A DNA stretch of 64,000 nt from Chloroflexota bacterium (GCA_012514315.1 JAAZAN010000156.1:5311-69310), one strand, 5' to 3'; shown: positions 8,949-19,541, counted from the stretch's first letter. Numbers and translations: made by a program. The notes: generated by a model from the letters alone, not told the origin.

Positions 8949-10250
8949 TTACGGCTCGAGCTGGCCCACCATGCTACCATCCTCTATGCGGAGCAAACGG
9001 ACCCGGCTGAGCGTGTTGTGCAGACTCGACTTGCTGTACGCTACAACCCGAATGTAGTTGCCTGTCAGGCCACTCCAGCGATCTCCTGAATCAAGTCGCT
9101 CCCAGAGAACCGTGGCACGCTTCCCCACATGACGCTGGCCGTATTCCAGGTTGAGCCGAACACCCAGTCGTCGCATCTTGCGTGCCCGCGCTCGTATTGT
9201 CACGGCGGATACGTGGTCCGGCATGTGGAACGCCGACGTGTGAGGACGAGCGGAGAACGGAAACACATGCAGCTTCGAGAACCCAATCTCGGCAATTGCG
9301 GCATAGCTCGCCTCGAAATCGGCCTCGCTCTCCCCAGGAAACCCGACGATCACGTCGGTAGTCACCGCCATATCGGGCGCCACAGAACGAGCCAGCTCGA
9401 TGAGTCGCACGAACTCCCTGATACTCCCATTCCGTTCCATACGCCCCAGCGTCGCATCGCAGCCAGACTGAAGTGGCAGATGCAAGTGCTGGCACAGACG
9501 AGGCTCCGTCCAGAGATCAAGAAAGTCTCCATCAACATCCCACGGCTCAATGGATGATAGGCGCAGCCGCGTCACATCGGTGTCACGGAGTATGGCCTTC
9601 ACCAGGCCGCTCAAACCGCCCGAGAATCCCAGGTCGCGACCGTAGGCGCCCAGGTTCACGCCACAGAGTACAATCTCCACATATCCCAGCTCAACCAGCT
9701 CCTGCACCTGTCGTATCACCAGAGACACCGGACTGCTGCGCGAGGGCCCTCGCAGGATACGGGTCAGGCAGTAAGCGCACGCGTTATCACACCCATCCTG
9801 GACTTTGAGAAACGCCCGCGTATGCAGGGCGGGGATGTAGTTCGTCCGATAGGCACACTCATCCCGACTGGACTCAGGCACACGGTCACACGCTGGAGAA
9901 CCCGCGCGTAACTCAACGAGTGGCGCCAAGATAGCGACAACTTGCTCTTTCTGCTCGTTGCCGATCAGCCAGTCTGCCCCCGGGACGGAGAGGCCATCCA
10001 TCAGTACGCGTGTCGCATAACACCCTGTGACTACCAGCTTTGCCTGAGGAAGGCGTCGTGTCACGCGAGCGATAGCACGCTGCGACCTGCGCTCCGCCTC
10101 CGAGGTAACGGCGCAGGTATTGATGATACACAGATCGGGATCATCGCACCGATCGACTATCGTGCAACCTATCGCCACAAGCTGCCGGGCGATATCCTCG
10201 ATCTCGCTCTGGTTCGACCGGCAGCCTAAAGACTCGCAGCAGACTCGCAC
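8949..10250 (-). CDS. mtaB: Radical SAM tRNA methylthiotransferase, MtaB/MiaB family
   Basis: The N-terminal UPF0004 domain (ESLGCRSNQSE..INTCAVT) is followed by the radical SAM motif CDNACAYC and a C-terminal TRAM-like region. Confidence 0.85.
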   Translation of the reverse strand: MRVCCESLGCRSNQSEIEDIARQLVAIGCTIVDRCDDPDLCIINTCAVTSEAERRSQRAIARVTRRLPQAKLVVTGCYATRVLMDGLSVPGADWLIGNEQKEQVVAILAPLVELRAGSPACDRVPESSRDECAYRTNYIPALHTRAFLKVQDGCDNACAYCLTRILRGPSRSSPVSLVIRQVQELVELGYVEIVLCGVNLGAYGRDLGFSGGLSGLVKAILRDTDVTRLRLSSIEPWDVDGDFLDLWTEPRLCQHLHLPLQSGCDATLGRMERNGSIREFVRLIELARSVAPDMAVTTDVIVGFPGESEADFEASYAAIAEIGFSKLHVFPFSARPHTSAFHMPDHVSAVTIRARARKMRRLGVRLNLEYGQRHVGKRATVLWERLDSGDRWSGLTGNYIRVVAYSKSSLHNTLSRVRLLRIEDGSMVGQLEP

Positions 10251-10308
10251 CAGGCTATCACGCAGACGTTGCCAAAGCAGCTACTCCACGCCCCACGGTA
10301 CACAGCCC

Positions 10309-10926
10309 CTAGGGAGGAGAAACCTGCAGATTATCGAAGTGCACCTCGACGCCGGGTTCGAAGAACGAACCAGCATACAGACCGATGCCCCCTCGCGCGT
10401 AGCTCTTGTCCTCAACCTCAACCAGTAGTTGCCCATTGACGATGAGCGCCATCCGAGAACCTTGACAGGTAACCTCAAGCTGATTGACGGCAATGCCGGT
10501 TCTGATTGCGTCCGATGCTGCCCAGTCACCACTGAGTGGAATCCAGCTGCTGCCATCGTACTTGCTCACCTGGTAGTACCCGTCCCCACTGATGGAAAAG
10601 CGATAGAAGTGACTGGGATCCTTCATCCTCACAAGCAGACCATACTCGTTGTCGTTAGGGCCGGCAACCTGCGTCGCTTCAACCTTCACGCGAAAGTCCG
10701 AGAGCTCACGACTGTTGGACACCCAGGCAAGTCGATTCGGGACTTTGACGAGTATCCGCATCACTCCGACATAGTACCCCGCCTCGGCTGAGGCGTCAGA
10801 CTCCGTCTGCCACTCGCTCGTCACAGTGGAGAAATCATCTCCCCAGGCTTCCATCCCCGCTGGTGAGCACCCTCCAACAAGGAGTATGACCGTACACAAA
10901 ACGATTAGATACTTCACTGCTGACAT
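10309..10926 (-). CDS. Lipoprotein with a concanavalin/LamG-like (DUF1080-like) domain
   Basis: Signal peptide plus lipobox MSAVKYLIVLCTVILLVGGC. The C-terminus GGIGLYAGSFFEPGVEVHFDNLQV resembles the C-terminal domain of the 56185..57474 product. Confidence 0.6.
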   Translation of the reverse strand: MSAVKYLIVLCTVILLVGGCSPAGMEAWGDDFSTVTSEWQTESDASAEAGYYVGVMRILVKVPNRLAWVSNSRELSDFRVKVEATQVAGPNDNEYGLLVRMKDPSHFYRFSISGDGYYQVSKYDGSSWIPLSGDWAASDAIRTGIAVNQLEVTCQGSRMALIVNGQLLVEVEDKSYARGGIGLYAGSFFEPGVEVHFDNLQVSPP

Positions 10927-11029
10927 CGCCTAGTCCGTCCCCCCTCTTGTTTGAGCAAGGCGTAGGTTCTCAATCCCAACTGGAACACTATGCCGTTCGC
11001 CCACACTCAGTTGAGATGCACTGGGGGCG

Positions 11030-11038
11030 ATTATAGCA
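11030..11038 (-). promoter_or_regulatory. Possible extended -10 element upstream of the lipoprotein gene
   Basis: The minus strand reads TGCTATAAT, just after the kinase stop. The -35 (TTCCAG) is poor. Confidence 0.3.
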
Positions 11039-11086
11039 TGGTGGCTCGTTTCCTGGAAAAATCTCCGAGCACAACTCCGTCGGCCA

Positions 11087-12835
11087 TCAGCCCGTGCCGC
11101 CCAGATCAGGGCAGGAGACAGCGGCAGCGGCTGCTCCAGGTTGAGCGCAGGCGCTCGACGCTGGAATGGTGAAGTAGAATGTGCTTCCGGTTCCCGGTTC
11201 ACTGGCGAGCCAGATACGGCCTCCGTGCAACTCGACGAGACTCTTCGTAATCGCCAGCCCCAGACCTGTTCCAGGCGTATTCTGAACCACCGGATGATCA
11301 GATCGGAAGCACTTGGTGAACAAGCGAGCTTGATCGTCCTGAGCTATTCCAATACCAGTATCCATCACAGAACATAGTGCGCAGTCTTGAGTCCGTCCGT
11401 GTTCAGGGCTGGACCGCCGACTTTGAGCACAGACCGTGATGTGCCCACGCTCTGGCGTATACTTGTGAGCATTGCTGATCAGATTAGCTACGATCTGGAT
11501 CAACCGGGATCGATCGCCACGTACTGACGGCAGACCATCCGCAATGTCGGTATCTACAGACCGAAACTTGCAGGCCAGTTGACCCTCCATCGCGCGAAGC
11601 ACCTCGTGAATCACGCCCGCGAGATCGACATCCTCCAGGCACAGGCGAATACGACCGCTCTCGATCACTGATACGTCCATCAGATCGCTGAGCATCGTCT
11701 TCACCCGCTCTTCGTTAAGGCGTATCTTGTGCAGGCACTCGTGTTGCTCCGGCGAGAGATCACCTGCAGCCCCGTCGAGAAGAAGGTCCGTATACCCGGT
11801 AATTGCGGTCACGGGCTGCGTGATCTCGTGACAGACAAAAGACACAAACTCAGTCTTCGCATCATTCGCGCGGCGCAGACGCTCAAAGAGCCTCGCGTTC
11901 TCGAGAGCGATAGCTGCGTGATCCGCCAGACGGTTCATAAAGACCCGTTCTGTGTCACCAAACGAGTCATGAAGATCGTCCTGCAGTCCAATAGCCCCGA
12001 TAGCTTGGCTCTCTCGCAGGATGGGAACCAGAAGATGACTGGCCATTCCTTCGGCGAGCTGTACTCTTTGTCCTGTCTCTGTGGTCAAACCAGCGATGAG
12101 TGGCTGGCCGGAGTGCATCACCTCGGCGATCACACCCTGAGAGGATGGCCACGGTTGTCCGTCCCCATAGCTTCTCAGTATGTCGTCAGGAATCCCCCGG
12201 TTTGCCAAGACTTGGAGAATTTCCCGGTTCACATCATCCCCGACGACGCCAGCGGCGAATCCGACCTGGGCTTTGGTGACACTCAGCGCCCAATCAAGTG
12301 TCAATCCCAGGATCTGATCATAGGCGAGTGAGGCATTCAATTCACGATCGATCTGCTGCATTATGGACAGCTCCTCGATCCGAGCCTCCAGCGCCTGATC
12401 GGTCCGTGTGAACAGGCGGGCATTGTCGATTGCGCTGGCCGCATGGGAAGCAAAGGTCGCCATCAACCATTCATCCGTCTGGTCGAATGGCCTACCGTCA
12501 CGACGGTGGAGCAGTTCGATCAGACCAATGGCCTGTCCTCGACTGATCAGCGGTACACCGATAATCGATATCATTGGTCCCTGATCACGTCGTCGGTCGT
12601 GCGGCTCACTCAAGTCGGCGGCTCGGAGAACAACAGGAGATGTGCTCTGCAGCACCTCACCCACCAGGCCTGAACCAGCTAGAAACCGGCTTCCGCGTAG
12701 ATCGGACGCACCAGGCCCCAGTCCAGCCTCAAACACGAGCTCGCCCGTCGAATCATCGACGAGCAAGAGTGAGCCTGCTCTGGCCGAGACAAGCTCCGCA
12801 GCGCGTTCCATCGTCAGATCGAGCACCGTGCGCAA
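11087..12835 (-). CDS. GAF-GAF-HisKA-HATPase sensor histidine kinase (C-terminal part of a frameshifted gene)
   Basis: Two GAF-like regions are followed by the H-box FVSFVCHEITQPVTAITGY and the ATPase G-boxes DTGIGI and GTGLGLAITKSLVELHGGRIW. The frame stays homologous upstream of the first Met (see finding). Confidence 0.85.
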   Translation of the reverse strand: MRTVLDLTMERAAELVSARAGSLLLVDDSTGELVFEAGLGPGASDLRGSRFLAGSGLVGEVLQSTSPVVLRAADLSEPHDRRRDQGPMISIIGVPLISRGQAIGLIELLHRRDGRPFDQTDEWLMATFASHAASAIDNARLFTRTDQALEARIEELSIMQQIDRELNASLAYDQILGLTLDWALSVTKAQVGFAAGVVGDDVNREILQVLANRGIPDDILRSYGDGQPWPSSQGVIAEVMHSGQPLIAGLTTETGQRVQLAEGMASHLLVPILRESQAIGAIGLQDDLHDSFGDTERVFMNRLADHAAIALENARLFERLRRANDAKTEFVSFVCHEITQPVTAITGYTDLLLDGAAGDLSPEQHECLHKIRLNEERVKTMLSDLMDVSVIESGRIRLCLEDVDLAGVIHEVLRAMEGQLACKFRSVDTDIADGLPSVRGDRSRLIQIVANLISNAHKYTPERGHITVCAQSRRSSPEHGRTQDCALCSVMDTGIGIAQDDQARLFTKCFRSDHPVVQNTPGTGLGLAITKSLVELHGGRIWLASEPGTGSTFYFTIPASSACAQPGAAAAAVSCPDLGGTG

Positions 12836-13728
12836 GTCCAGTGTTGCGGTAATTGCCCCCCAAACTCATTGAGTACCGCGAGCTGGCGGTTGCGCTCCTC
12901 CATCTCCTGGTACAGTTGTGCCTTATCCAGAATCGCCGAAGCCTGATCAGCAATCAACGTAATCAGCCTGAGATCATCCTCCGAATAGTATGTCGCCTGG
13001 TCTGAACTCGAGATTATCATCACACCGATCAGACGATCCGTTCCATTCAGTGGAATGCCCATCCAGGCTCTGCAGTTCTTGTCCGATGGTTCAATACCGT
13101 GCAATCGACATTCGGCCACGTAGTCACAGGTCACGATTGGTTGATTCCGCATCACGACTTGACCACACAAGACCGCCCCCAGAGGCCACACTGTATCGCA
13201 CTGAACACGCTCACCCGAGATAACACAGAATGCCAAAGACAGCGAGTACATCTCCGCGTCCAGAAGTGCGATACAGAAGTTCTCAGTGTCCAGCACGCGA
13301 CAGGTCTGAGCATAGATCAACTCCATCAGATCGTCGCTGTCCATCGCGAAGTTGACAGCCTGCCCAATCCAGTGCAGGACCTCTGCCTTCTCAGTTCGGT
13401 TCTCAAGGCTAGTGCTGAAGGTTGCGCGGCGTTTGTCGGTACTATCGGAGTCTCTACGGGATAAACAGTCTTCCAGAGCACGCTGCACGTACATCCAAAG
13501 GGGATTGAGGAGAATTGCCAGAGGAACAACAGCAGCTGCCAGCGTCAGTGGACGATCCACGCTGACACGGATACTCAGTAGACGTGCCATCACGCCGAGC
13601 GCAACGCCAGACACGACGACAACCGCCACGCCCAAGATCACGGACGCAATGCTACTTCGGAGCCACAGTGGAACACTCCGTAGCCCGCTGTAGCTCTGAC
13701 CAGCCGGTGCTCCTATCGGGTCCTGCAC
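12814..13728 (-). CDS. Membrane-anchored GAF domain protein (N-terminal part of the frameshifted sensor kinase)
   Basis: Two predicted TM helices are followed by a GAF-like domain. It ends ..LYQEMEERNRQLAVLNEFGG and then has 13 out-of-frame residues. It overlaps the next ORF by 22 nt. Confidence 0.75.
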   Translation of the reverse strand: MQDPIGAPAGQSYSGLRSVPLWLRSSIASVILGVAVVVVSGVALGVMARLLSIRVSVDRPLTLAAAVVPLAILLNPLWMYVQRALEDCLSRRDSDSTDKRRATFSTSLENRTEKAEVLHWIGQAVNFAMDSDDLMELIYAQTCRVLDTENFCIALLDAEMYSLSLAFCVISGERVQCDTVWPLGAVLCGQVVMRNQPIVTCDYVAECRLHGIEPSDKNCRAWMGIPLNGTDRLIGVMIISSSDQATYYSEDDLRLITLIADQASAILDKAQLYQEMEERNRQLAVLNEFGGQLPQHWTCARCSI

Positions 13729-13922
13729 TGCGCCACCGTGGTCCTTGTCACATCGCTCTGCGGTCCACTCTCACACCGCGCGGTGACCTGCATCATCACA
13801 CTGCAGACACAGCAGGGGAGTACGCAGGCCCCACCACTCGCGCTTCAACGATTGACGATGACGACTCGGTGATTCCTGTCGCGCTGCAAGCTGAATCTAT
13901 GTACCGCTCAACGCTTCTGCAA

Positions 13923-16361
13923 TCAACATTCACTATGCCCGCAGGCATAGCAGCGACGACATCCTTCCTCGTTGACCAGGGCTGCGTGCCCGCATTCCGG
14001 ACATAGATCTCCAGTCGGGAAAAGGGAGAGCTGTTCACCTCCTGGATCATCACCCGGCACGTCAACCATGCCCAGGTGTTCGGCCAGTCCCTGCGCCACC
14101 CCATCCGGCAGACTCCGCACACGGTCGCGACCGAAGCCGAGCGGCCGCCCACCTCCAATCCCCTTGAGCTGCTTCACGACCTGCTTGAGCCGGCGCGTCG
14201 AGCTGATCGGAGATGGGATACGCAGGATCAGTGAAATCAGGCGACCAATCGCTTCTGCTACTGCCGCCGTATCAGAGCCCGCCTTTCCCACGTTCAAGAA
14301 AACCTCGAAAGGCTCGTTGTCGCCATTGATGTTAACCGTGAGATAGGCCACTCCGAGAGGCGTCACCAAACGGTAGGTCTGACCATCCAATCGGTGCGGG
14401 CGCGGCCTTACCGTCGCAGGAAGGATAGCATGCGCGGGCTGTTGCTTTCCTTGGCGGGTGCGCTCAGTCTCCAGCACAACCTTCTCACGGGAGCCTGTCA
14501 CATAGACTGTGAGTCCCTTGCACCCCAACTGCCAAGCCAACCGGAAGGCACGCGCCACATCATCCTGTGTCGCAGTCGACGGGAAGTTGATCGTCTTGGA
14601 GATAGAGCTGTCAACGAACGCCTGAATCGTCGCCTGCATCCGGACATGTTCATCAGCGGTGACATCACTCGAGACAAGAAACACATCGGCGATGCTTGGA
14701 GGCACCTCATCAATGCCCTGACAGCTCCCAGTGACGCTGACCTGCTCCAGGATACGCTCACACGTTGCGTCATCAACACCAAATTGCATCAGTGCATCCA
14801 TGAAAAGCGGACTCACATAGCGAAGCTCACGATCAGTGCCATTGTCATTCATGTGTCGGACATAGGACAACGCAAACACTGGCTCACAGCCATATGCCTC
14901 ACACCCCGAGATCGTGGCGACCGTGCCGGTCGGAGCCACCGTGGTCTGAGCCGCATTACGAATGCCGTGCTCTCGAATCCCTTCCGCAATAGAGGTCCAA
15001 TCCAATGAGGGCCGTCCCCATCTCGACAGTCGGGAATAGGGCGCTAGGGGCTGAGGGGGCCGCCAGCGGAGATCCTCCGGATCGTAGATACTCCCACGAA
15101 TGGCCGGGAACGGACTGCGCTCACGGGCCAGATCAATGCTGGTACGCATCGCGTGGAAGCGGATGAACTCCATAATCTGAGCTGCCAGTTCCTGCGACTC
15201 CTCGCTACCATATCGAATGCGCAACGAGTAGAACAGATCACCCAGCCCCATGATTCCAAGTCCAATGCGGCGTGAGCGATGAGCCGACTGTTCGAGCTGA
15301 GGCACTGCGGGTACGTACTCATTGGCATCGATCACGTCGTCCAGAAACCGCGTCGCCGCCTCGACAGTCTCCCGTAACAGGTCCCACGCCACCGTGGGAT
15401 GACCGTTATTGCCGTAATCCACATGGATGGCCAGATTGATCGAGCCCAGGCAACAGTTCTCGTAAGGCAGCAGAAACTGTTCGCCACAAGGATTCGTCGC
15501 CTCATACTCACCCAGATGGGGGCAGGGATTATCCCGATTGGCGGCATCAAGAAAGAGCACTCCGGGCTCTCCATTACCATGGGCTGACGCCACGATCTCG
15601 TCGAACAGCTGACGTGCACTCACTGCCCGCCACACGGCGCCATCCTGAGGATTGATCAGATCAATCTGTACGTCATTCTCCACAGCGTGCATGAAGGCGT
15701 CGGTGATCCCGACCGAGATGTTGAAGTTAGTGATAGCATTCTCGCTCTTCTTGCAGCCGATGAACTCCTGGATGTCAGGATGGTCAATACGCAGCACGGC
15801 CATGTTAGCCCCACGCCTGGCGCCGCCCTGGCTTACAATCTCCGAGGCGACATCAAACACGCGCATGAAGCCCACAGGCCCGGTCGCCTTGCCGCCGCTA
15901 CTCCGCACGACAGCGCCGGCAGGACGCAGGCGTGAGAACGAGAACCCTGTCCCTCCGCCCGTTTGCTGGATTAGCGCCGCATCCCGCAGTGTCTGGAAGA
16001 TGCCACTCTCGTCCCGCCCCATATCATCGGCGATCGGCAATACAAAACAAGCGGCCAATTGTCCCAGCCTTGTCCCGGCCCCCGTGAATGTGGGCGAGTT
16101 AGGCAGAAACCGCAAACTCGAAATCAACTCATAGTACCGATTCTCAACAGCCTGGCGGTCGCCGTTCCAGGTCGTCGTGCCTGCCGCGATATGGGACGCA
16201 ACGCGACGAAACATCTGCTCAATCGTCTCCACGGGTTGACCCTCGGGTCCCTTCAGCAGATAGCGTCGCTCAAGCACAAGACGCGCGTTATCATTGAGGC
16301 GAAGCGCTGTCTGTTCCTGAGTCTGGACGACTAAATCCGTTGCTTGAGACGTCTCCGTCAT
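13923..16361 (-). CDS. nrdJ: Class II (adenosylcobalamin-dependent) ribonucleotide reductase NrdJ
   Basis: Active-site region [23 protein letters not shown]. The C-terminal Cys-rich zinc-ribbon tail is [27 protein letters not shown] prefer ATG 16361 (MTETSQ), preceded by GAGGGAGGGGG, over the TTG at 16388. Confidence 0.9.
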   Translation of the reverse strand: MTETSQATDLVVQTQEQTALRLNDNARLVLERRYLLKGPEGQPVETIEQMFRRVASHIAAGTTTWNGDRQAVENRYYELISSLRFLPNSPTFTGAGTRLGQLAACFVLPIADDMGRDESGIFQTLRDAALIQQTGGGTGFSFSRLRPAGAVVRSSGGKATGPVGFMRVFDVASEIVSQGGARRGANMAVLRIDHPDIQEFIGCKKSENAITNFNISVGITDAFMHAVENDVQIDLINPQDGAVWRAVSARQLFDEIVASAHGNGEPGVLFLDAANRDNPCPHLGEYEATNPCGEQFLLPYENCCLGSINLAIHVDYGNNGHPTVAWDLLRETVEAATRFLDDVIDANEYVPAVPQLEQSAHRSRRIGLGIMGLGDLFYSLRIRYGSEESQELAAQIMEFIRFHAMRTSIDLARERSPFPAIRGSIYDPEDLRWRPPQPLAPYSRLSRWGRPSLDWTSIAEGIREHGIRNAAQTTVAPTGTVATISGCEAYGCEPVFALSYVRHMNDNGTDRELRYVSPLFMDALMQFGVDDATCERILEQVSVTGSCQGIDEVPPSIADVFLVSSDVTADEHVRMQATIQAFVDSSISKTINFPSTATQDDVARAFRLAWQLGCKGLTVYVTGSREKVVLETERTRQGKQQPAHAILPATVRPRPHRLDGQTYRLVTPLGVAYLTVNINGDNEPFEVFLNVGKAGSDTAAVAEAIGRLISLILRIPSPISSTRRLKQVVKQLKGIGGGRPLGFGRDRVRSLPDGVAQGLAEHLGMVDVPGDDPGGEQLSLFPTGDLCPECGHAALVNEEGCRRCYACGHSEC

Positions 16362-16399
16362 TGCCCCCTCCCTCACAACCACAAACAATCACCGATGCT

Positions 16400-16855
16400 T
16401 CACTGATTGCGCTCTGCCAACAAACGATCAATCTCGCCTCGTACCGCGTCCAGATCCTCGAGTCCTAGGTAGACGATCGCATACCGGATATACGACACGG
16501 GATCCAACGTCTTCAGCTCCTCAATCATTCGATCACCGATCACACGGCTGGAAACCTCTGCTCTGCCCAACTGCCTGATATGGGTCTCGATCCGATCGAC
16601 CAGCCGCTCGAGATCATCGGCAGAAACCGGCCGACGTGCGCACGCGATACGTAGGCCGGACAAGAGTTTGTCGCGGTCAAACTCCTCTCGATGGCCATCA
16701 CGCTTGACAACCAGGGGAGATGCAAGGATCGCTCGCTCCAAGGTGCTGAATCGCCGTTGGCATTGTTTGCATACCCGGCGACGCCGAATGCTGCCTTCGC
16801 CACGCGTCGTGTCGATGACTCGCGTACGCGCGCTACCGCAATAAGGACACTTCAT
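16400..16855 (-). CDS. nrdR: Transcriptional repressor NrdR (zinc ribbon + ATP-cone)
   Basis: MKCPYCGSARTRVIDTTRGEGSIRRRRVCKQCQRRFSTLE, followed by an ATP-cone (VVKRDGHREEFDRDKL). Confidence 0.95.
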   Translation of the reverse strand: MKCPYCGSARTRVIDTTRGEGSIRRRRVCKQCQRRFSTLERAILASPLVVKRDGHREEFDRDKLLSGLRIACARRPVSADDLERLVDRIETHIRQLGRAEVSSRVIGDRMIEELKTLDPVSYIRYAIVYLGLEDLDAVRGEIDRLLAERNQ

Positions 16856-16891
16856 CGCATCACTCTACAATGCACTCCGGAGCAATGATAC

Positions 16892-16938
16892 ACACCAGAT
16901 ATAGGGGTGTAAACCCCCAGATACACTATATCTAGGGG
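16892..16938 (-). promoter_or_regulatory. Tandem NrdR boxes (operator of nrdR-nrdJ)
   Basis: ACACCAGATATAGGGG (16892-16907) and ACACTATATCTAGGGG (16923-16938) both resemble the NrdR-box consensus acaCwAtATaTwGtgt (recalled from memory). Their starts are 31 bp apart, and both lie just downstream of the -10. Confidence 0.65.
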
Positions 16939-16947
16939 GTCAAACGC

Positions 16948-16976
16948 ATTATACCATGCACTTGGGCGCTACACAA
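16948..16976 (-). promoter_or_regulatory. Sigma-70 promoter of nrdR-nrdJ with extended -10
   Basis: The minus strand reads TTGTGT (16971-16976), a 17-nt spacer, then TGGTATAAT (16948-16956). Confidence 0.55.
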
Positions 16977-17068
16977 GCTCAGCAAGGCGTACTATCTTAA
17001 AATACGGAATGGCTTGAGATATTTAAGAATGGCAGTCAATGGAGACGCTACAAGACGGTGCAATGAAG

Positions 17069-17128
17069 CGTCACATCTGGCGGGGATTGATGTGCACCGC
17101 CAGCCATATCCCAACGCCAGACGTGACG
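17069..17128 (-). other. Large imperfect stem-loop with alternative pairings in the ftsZ 3' region
   Basis: CGTCACATCTGGCG (17069-17082) pairs with CGCCAGACGTGACG (17115-17128), 13 of 14 bp. There is an inner GGGAT/ATCCC stem. CTGGCGG (17077-17083) can alternatively pair with CCGCCAG (17097-17103). Confidence 0.3.
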
Positions 17129-17201
17129 AAGAATCTTGCGAATGAATGACCATATCCGCAGATGGAGTTGATCTACACGGCAGATCTTGACGCAGACACT
17201 A

Positions 17202-18308
17202 CTACACACGCCGCCGCAGGAATGCCGGGACTTCGAGGTCATCCTTGTCGAAGGACGGCAGCGAGAAATCGGCCGAATCCCCGAAGTCCGCACGCGCTGT
17301 ACGAGGACGCTGCTCAGTTCCCTCAAATCCCGTCGCGACCACGATGATGCGGACCTCATCCTGCATCTTCTCATCAATGACAGCCCCGAAGATGAGATTG
17401 ACGTCTGGGTGCGCAGTCCCCTTGATCACGCTGGCCGCTTCGTTGACTTCGTATAGACTCAGATCCGGGCCACCCGTAATATTGAACAGAATTCCACGGG
17501 CGCCGTCGATAGTGATATCCAGCAACCGACTGGAGATCGCCTGCTGTACCGCCTCAATGGCCCGATTCTCACCGCTGGCGCGACCGACCGCCATCAAAGC
17601 GGCGCCTCCCTCAGACATGATCGTGCGGATATCCGCAAAGTCCAGGTTGATGAGACCGGGGACGATAATGAGTTCAGAAATCCCCTGAACCCCCTGGCGC
17701 AGGACATCGTCCGCAAGGGTGAATGCTGTCTGGAGACTGACTCGCTTATCGGCAATTTCCAGCAGGCGATCATTGGGAATGACGATGAGTGTATCGACTG
17801 ACTCCTTGAGTTGCTCGATACCCGCGAGAGCCGTCTCCGAGCGCACGGCGCCTTCCCAGCTGAATGGACGCGTGACCACACCGATCGTCAGCGCCTCCAT
17901 ATCCTTGGCGATACGTGCGATCACCGGAGCCGCACCTGTGCCCGTGCCGCCGCCCATACCGGCTGTGATGAAGACCATATCTGAACCCTGCAGCACTTCA
18001 TACAGCTCATCGGCGGATTCCTCAGCTGCCTTCAGGCCAATCTCCGGATTCCCACCGGCGCCCAGGCCTCGGGTGAGTTTGTCACCGATGCGCACACGCG
18101 TGGGCGCATTGCACAGCATCAGTGCCTGAGCATCCGTGTTCACTGCTACGAACTCAACGCCGGCTACTCCTTCAGCGATCATCCGATTGACTGCGTTGCT
18201 TCCGCCTCCGCCAACACCAACTACTCTGATCTGCGCGAAACTCTCCATCTGCGGTGCCTTTTGCATCTCACTACTCCCTTGGTTCCCATCCATACCCTGC
18301 GCCACCAT
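17202..18308 (-). CDS. ftsZ: Cell division GTPase FtsZ
   Basis: [17 protein letters not shown], the tubulin signature [13 protein letters not shown], and a C-terminal peptide [12 protein letters not shown]. The start is uncertain, because several in-frame ATGs lie between 18308 and 18249. Confidence 0.93.
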   Translation of the reverse strand: MVAQGMDGNQGSSEMQKAPQMESFAQIRVVGVGGGGSNAVNRMIAEGVAGVEFVAVNTDAQALMLCNAPTRVRIGDKLTRGLGAGGNPEIGLKAAEESADELYEVLQGSDMVFITAGMGGGTGTGAAPVIARIAKDMEALTIGVVTRPFSWEGAVRSETALAGIEQLKESVDTLIVIPNDRLLEIADKRVSLQTAFTLADDVLRQGVQGISELIIVPGLINLDFADIRTIMSEGGAALMAVGRASGENRAIEAVQQAISSRLLDITIDGARGILFNITGGPDLSLYEVNEAASVIKGTAHPDVNLIFGAVIDEKMQDEVRIIVVATGFEGTEQRPRTARADFGDSADFSLPSFDKDDLEVPAFLRRRV

Positions 18309-18320
18309 CCCAGATACCGA

Positions 18321-19541
18321 CTAGCCGGGCAAGAATGCCCTGAACCACTTCAACAATCGCTTTCCGGCAGCAGGCTCTGACCTCCGCAACTGCGGCCGGG
18401 CATCGACCGCCATGCCCCAATCGACCAGACCGGCGCTCACAGCCTGTGCCGGGTTACTCACCTTATCAATCAGACCACTGAATCCCGTCGGAGCCCCAAT
18501 CCTGACCGGCAGGCCGAGGAGGTCTCTGCCCAAGTCCTCGATACCCGGCATCTGCGCTGTTCCCCCGCACAACACGACACCAGTGGGTAGCAGACCGTCG
18601 TAGCCTGAGCGCTTGATCTCCTGCTGGATCATAAGCAGGATCTCCTCAATGCGTGCTTCGGAGATCTCCACCATCTTCCAACGGGGCATTGTAGGCGCCA
18701 CGTCTGCATCACCGTAGGAGATTGCGAACCGCTCTTCAGGCGACACCTGAGAGGCTCGCGCATGACCGTGCTGCAGTTTGACTTTCTCAGCGACACTGGG
18801 CGGCAACCGCAGACCAATCGCGATGTCCCCTGTCACGTATTCACCGCCAATCCCCAGGGTCACCGTATGCCAGACTGTGCCATCGATGAAGATCGCGATA
18901 TCCGTCGTTCCCGCCCCCACGTCCGCCAATACTACGCCCATTTCGCGCTCGGTCTCAGTCAACACGGCATCCCCTGCCGCGATGCTCGACAGGACAAACT
19001 CATCGACCTCGACCCCAGCTCCCTCCACACACTGTGTCAGGTTCTGGATCGACGTGCTGGAACCTGTCACGATATGGGCTTCAACCTCGAGTCGAAACCC
19101 GTGCATGCCAACGGGATCATGCACACCCCCTTGTCCATCGACAACGTAACCTCGGGGTATCACATGCACTACTTCCTGGTTGTGTGGCACAGCAATGGCG
19201 CGAGCTGCATCCAGAGCACGGTCCACATCTTCTATCGTGATTCCCCGCTCACGGCGTGAGATGCCCACGACCCCCCGGCTGTTAAGCGACGATATGTGCG
19301 TGCCACTCAGACTGACATACGCCCGTTCTATCTTGTAGCCAGACGTATGCTCAGCCTTAGCCACCGAGGCAGCAATGCACTCCGTAGCCTCGGCCACATT
19401 GACCACGACACCCTTGCGAATGCCCGCCGATGGAACCAGGCCGACGCCTACGACGCGGGATCGTCCACCATCGCCCGCATCCGCCACGAGAGTGCAGACT
19501 TTGCTGCTGCCGACATCGATCGCAACTATTGTGTGTTCCAC
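18321..19541 (-). CDS. ftsA: Cell division protein FtsA
   Basis: Actin-fold motifs IVAIDVGSSKV and LADVGAGTTDIAIF. It lies between ftsQ and ftsZ. Confidence 0.92.
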   Translation of the reverse strand: MEHTIVAIDVGSSKVCTLVADAGDGGRSRVVGVGLVPSAGIRKGVVVNVAEATECIAASVAKAEHTSGYKIERAYVSLSGTHISSLNSRGVVGISRRERGITIEDVDRALDAARAIAVPHNQEVVHVIPRGYVVDGQGGVHDPVGMHGFRLEVEAHIVTGSSTSIQNLTQCVEGAGVEVDEFVLSSIAAGDAVLTETEREMGVVLADVGAGTTDIAIFIDGTVWHTVTLGIGGEYVTGDIAIGLRLPPSVAEKVKLQHGHARASQVSPEERFAISYGDADVAPTMPRWKMVEISEARIEEILLMIQQEIKRSGYDGLLPTGVVLCGGTAQMPGIEDLGRDLLGLPVRIGAPTGFSGLIDKVSNPAQAVSAGLVDWGMAVDARPQLRRSEPAAGKRLLKWFRAFLPG

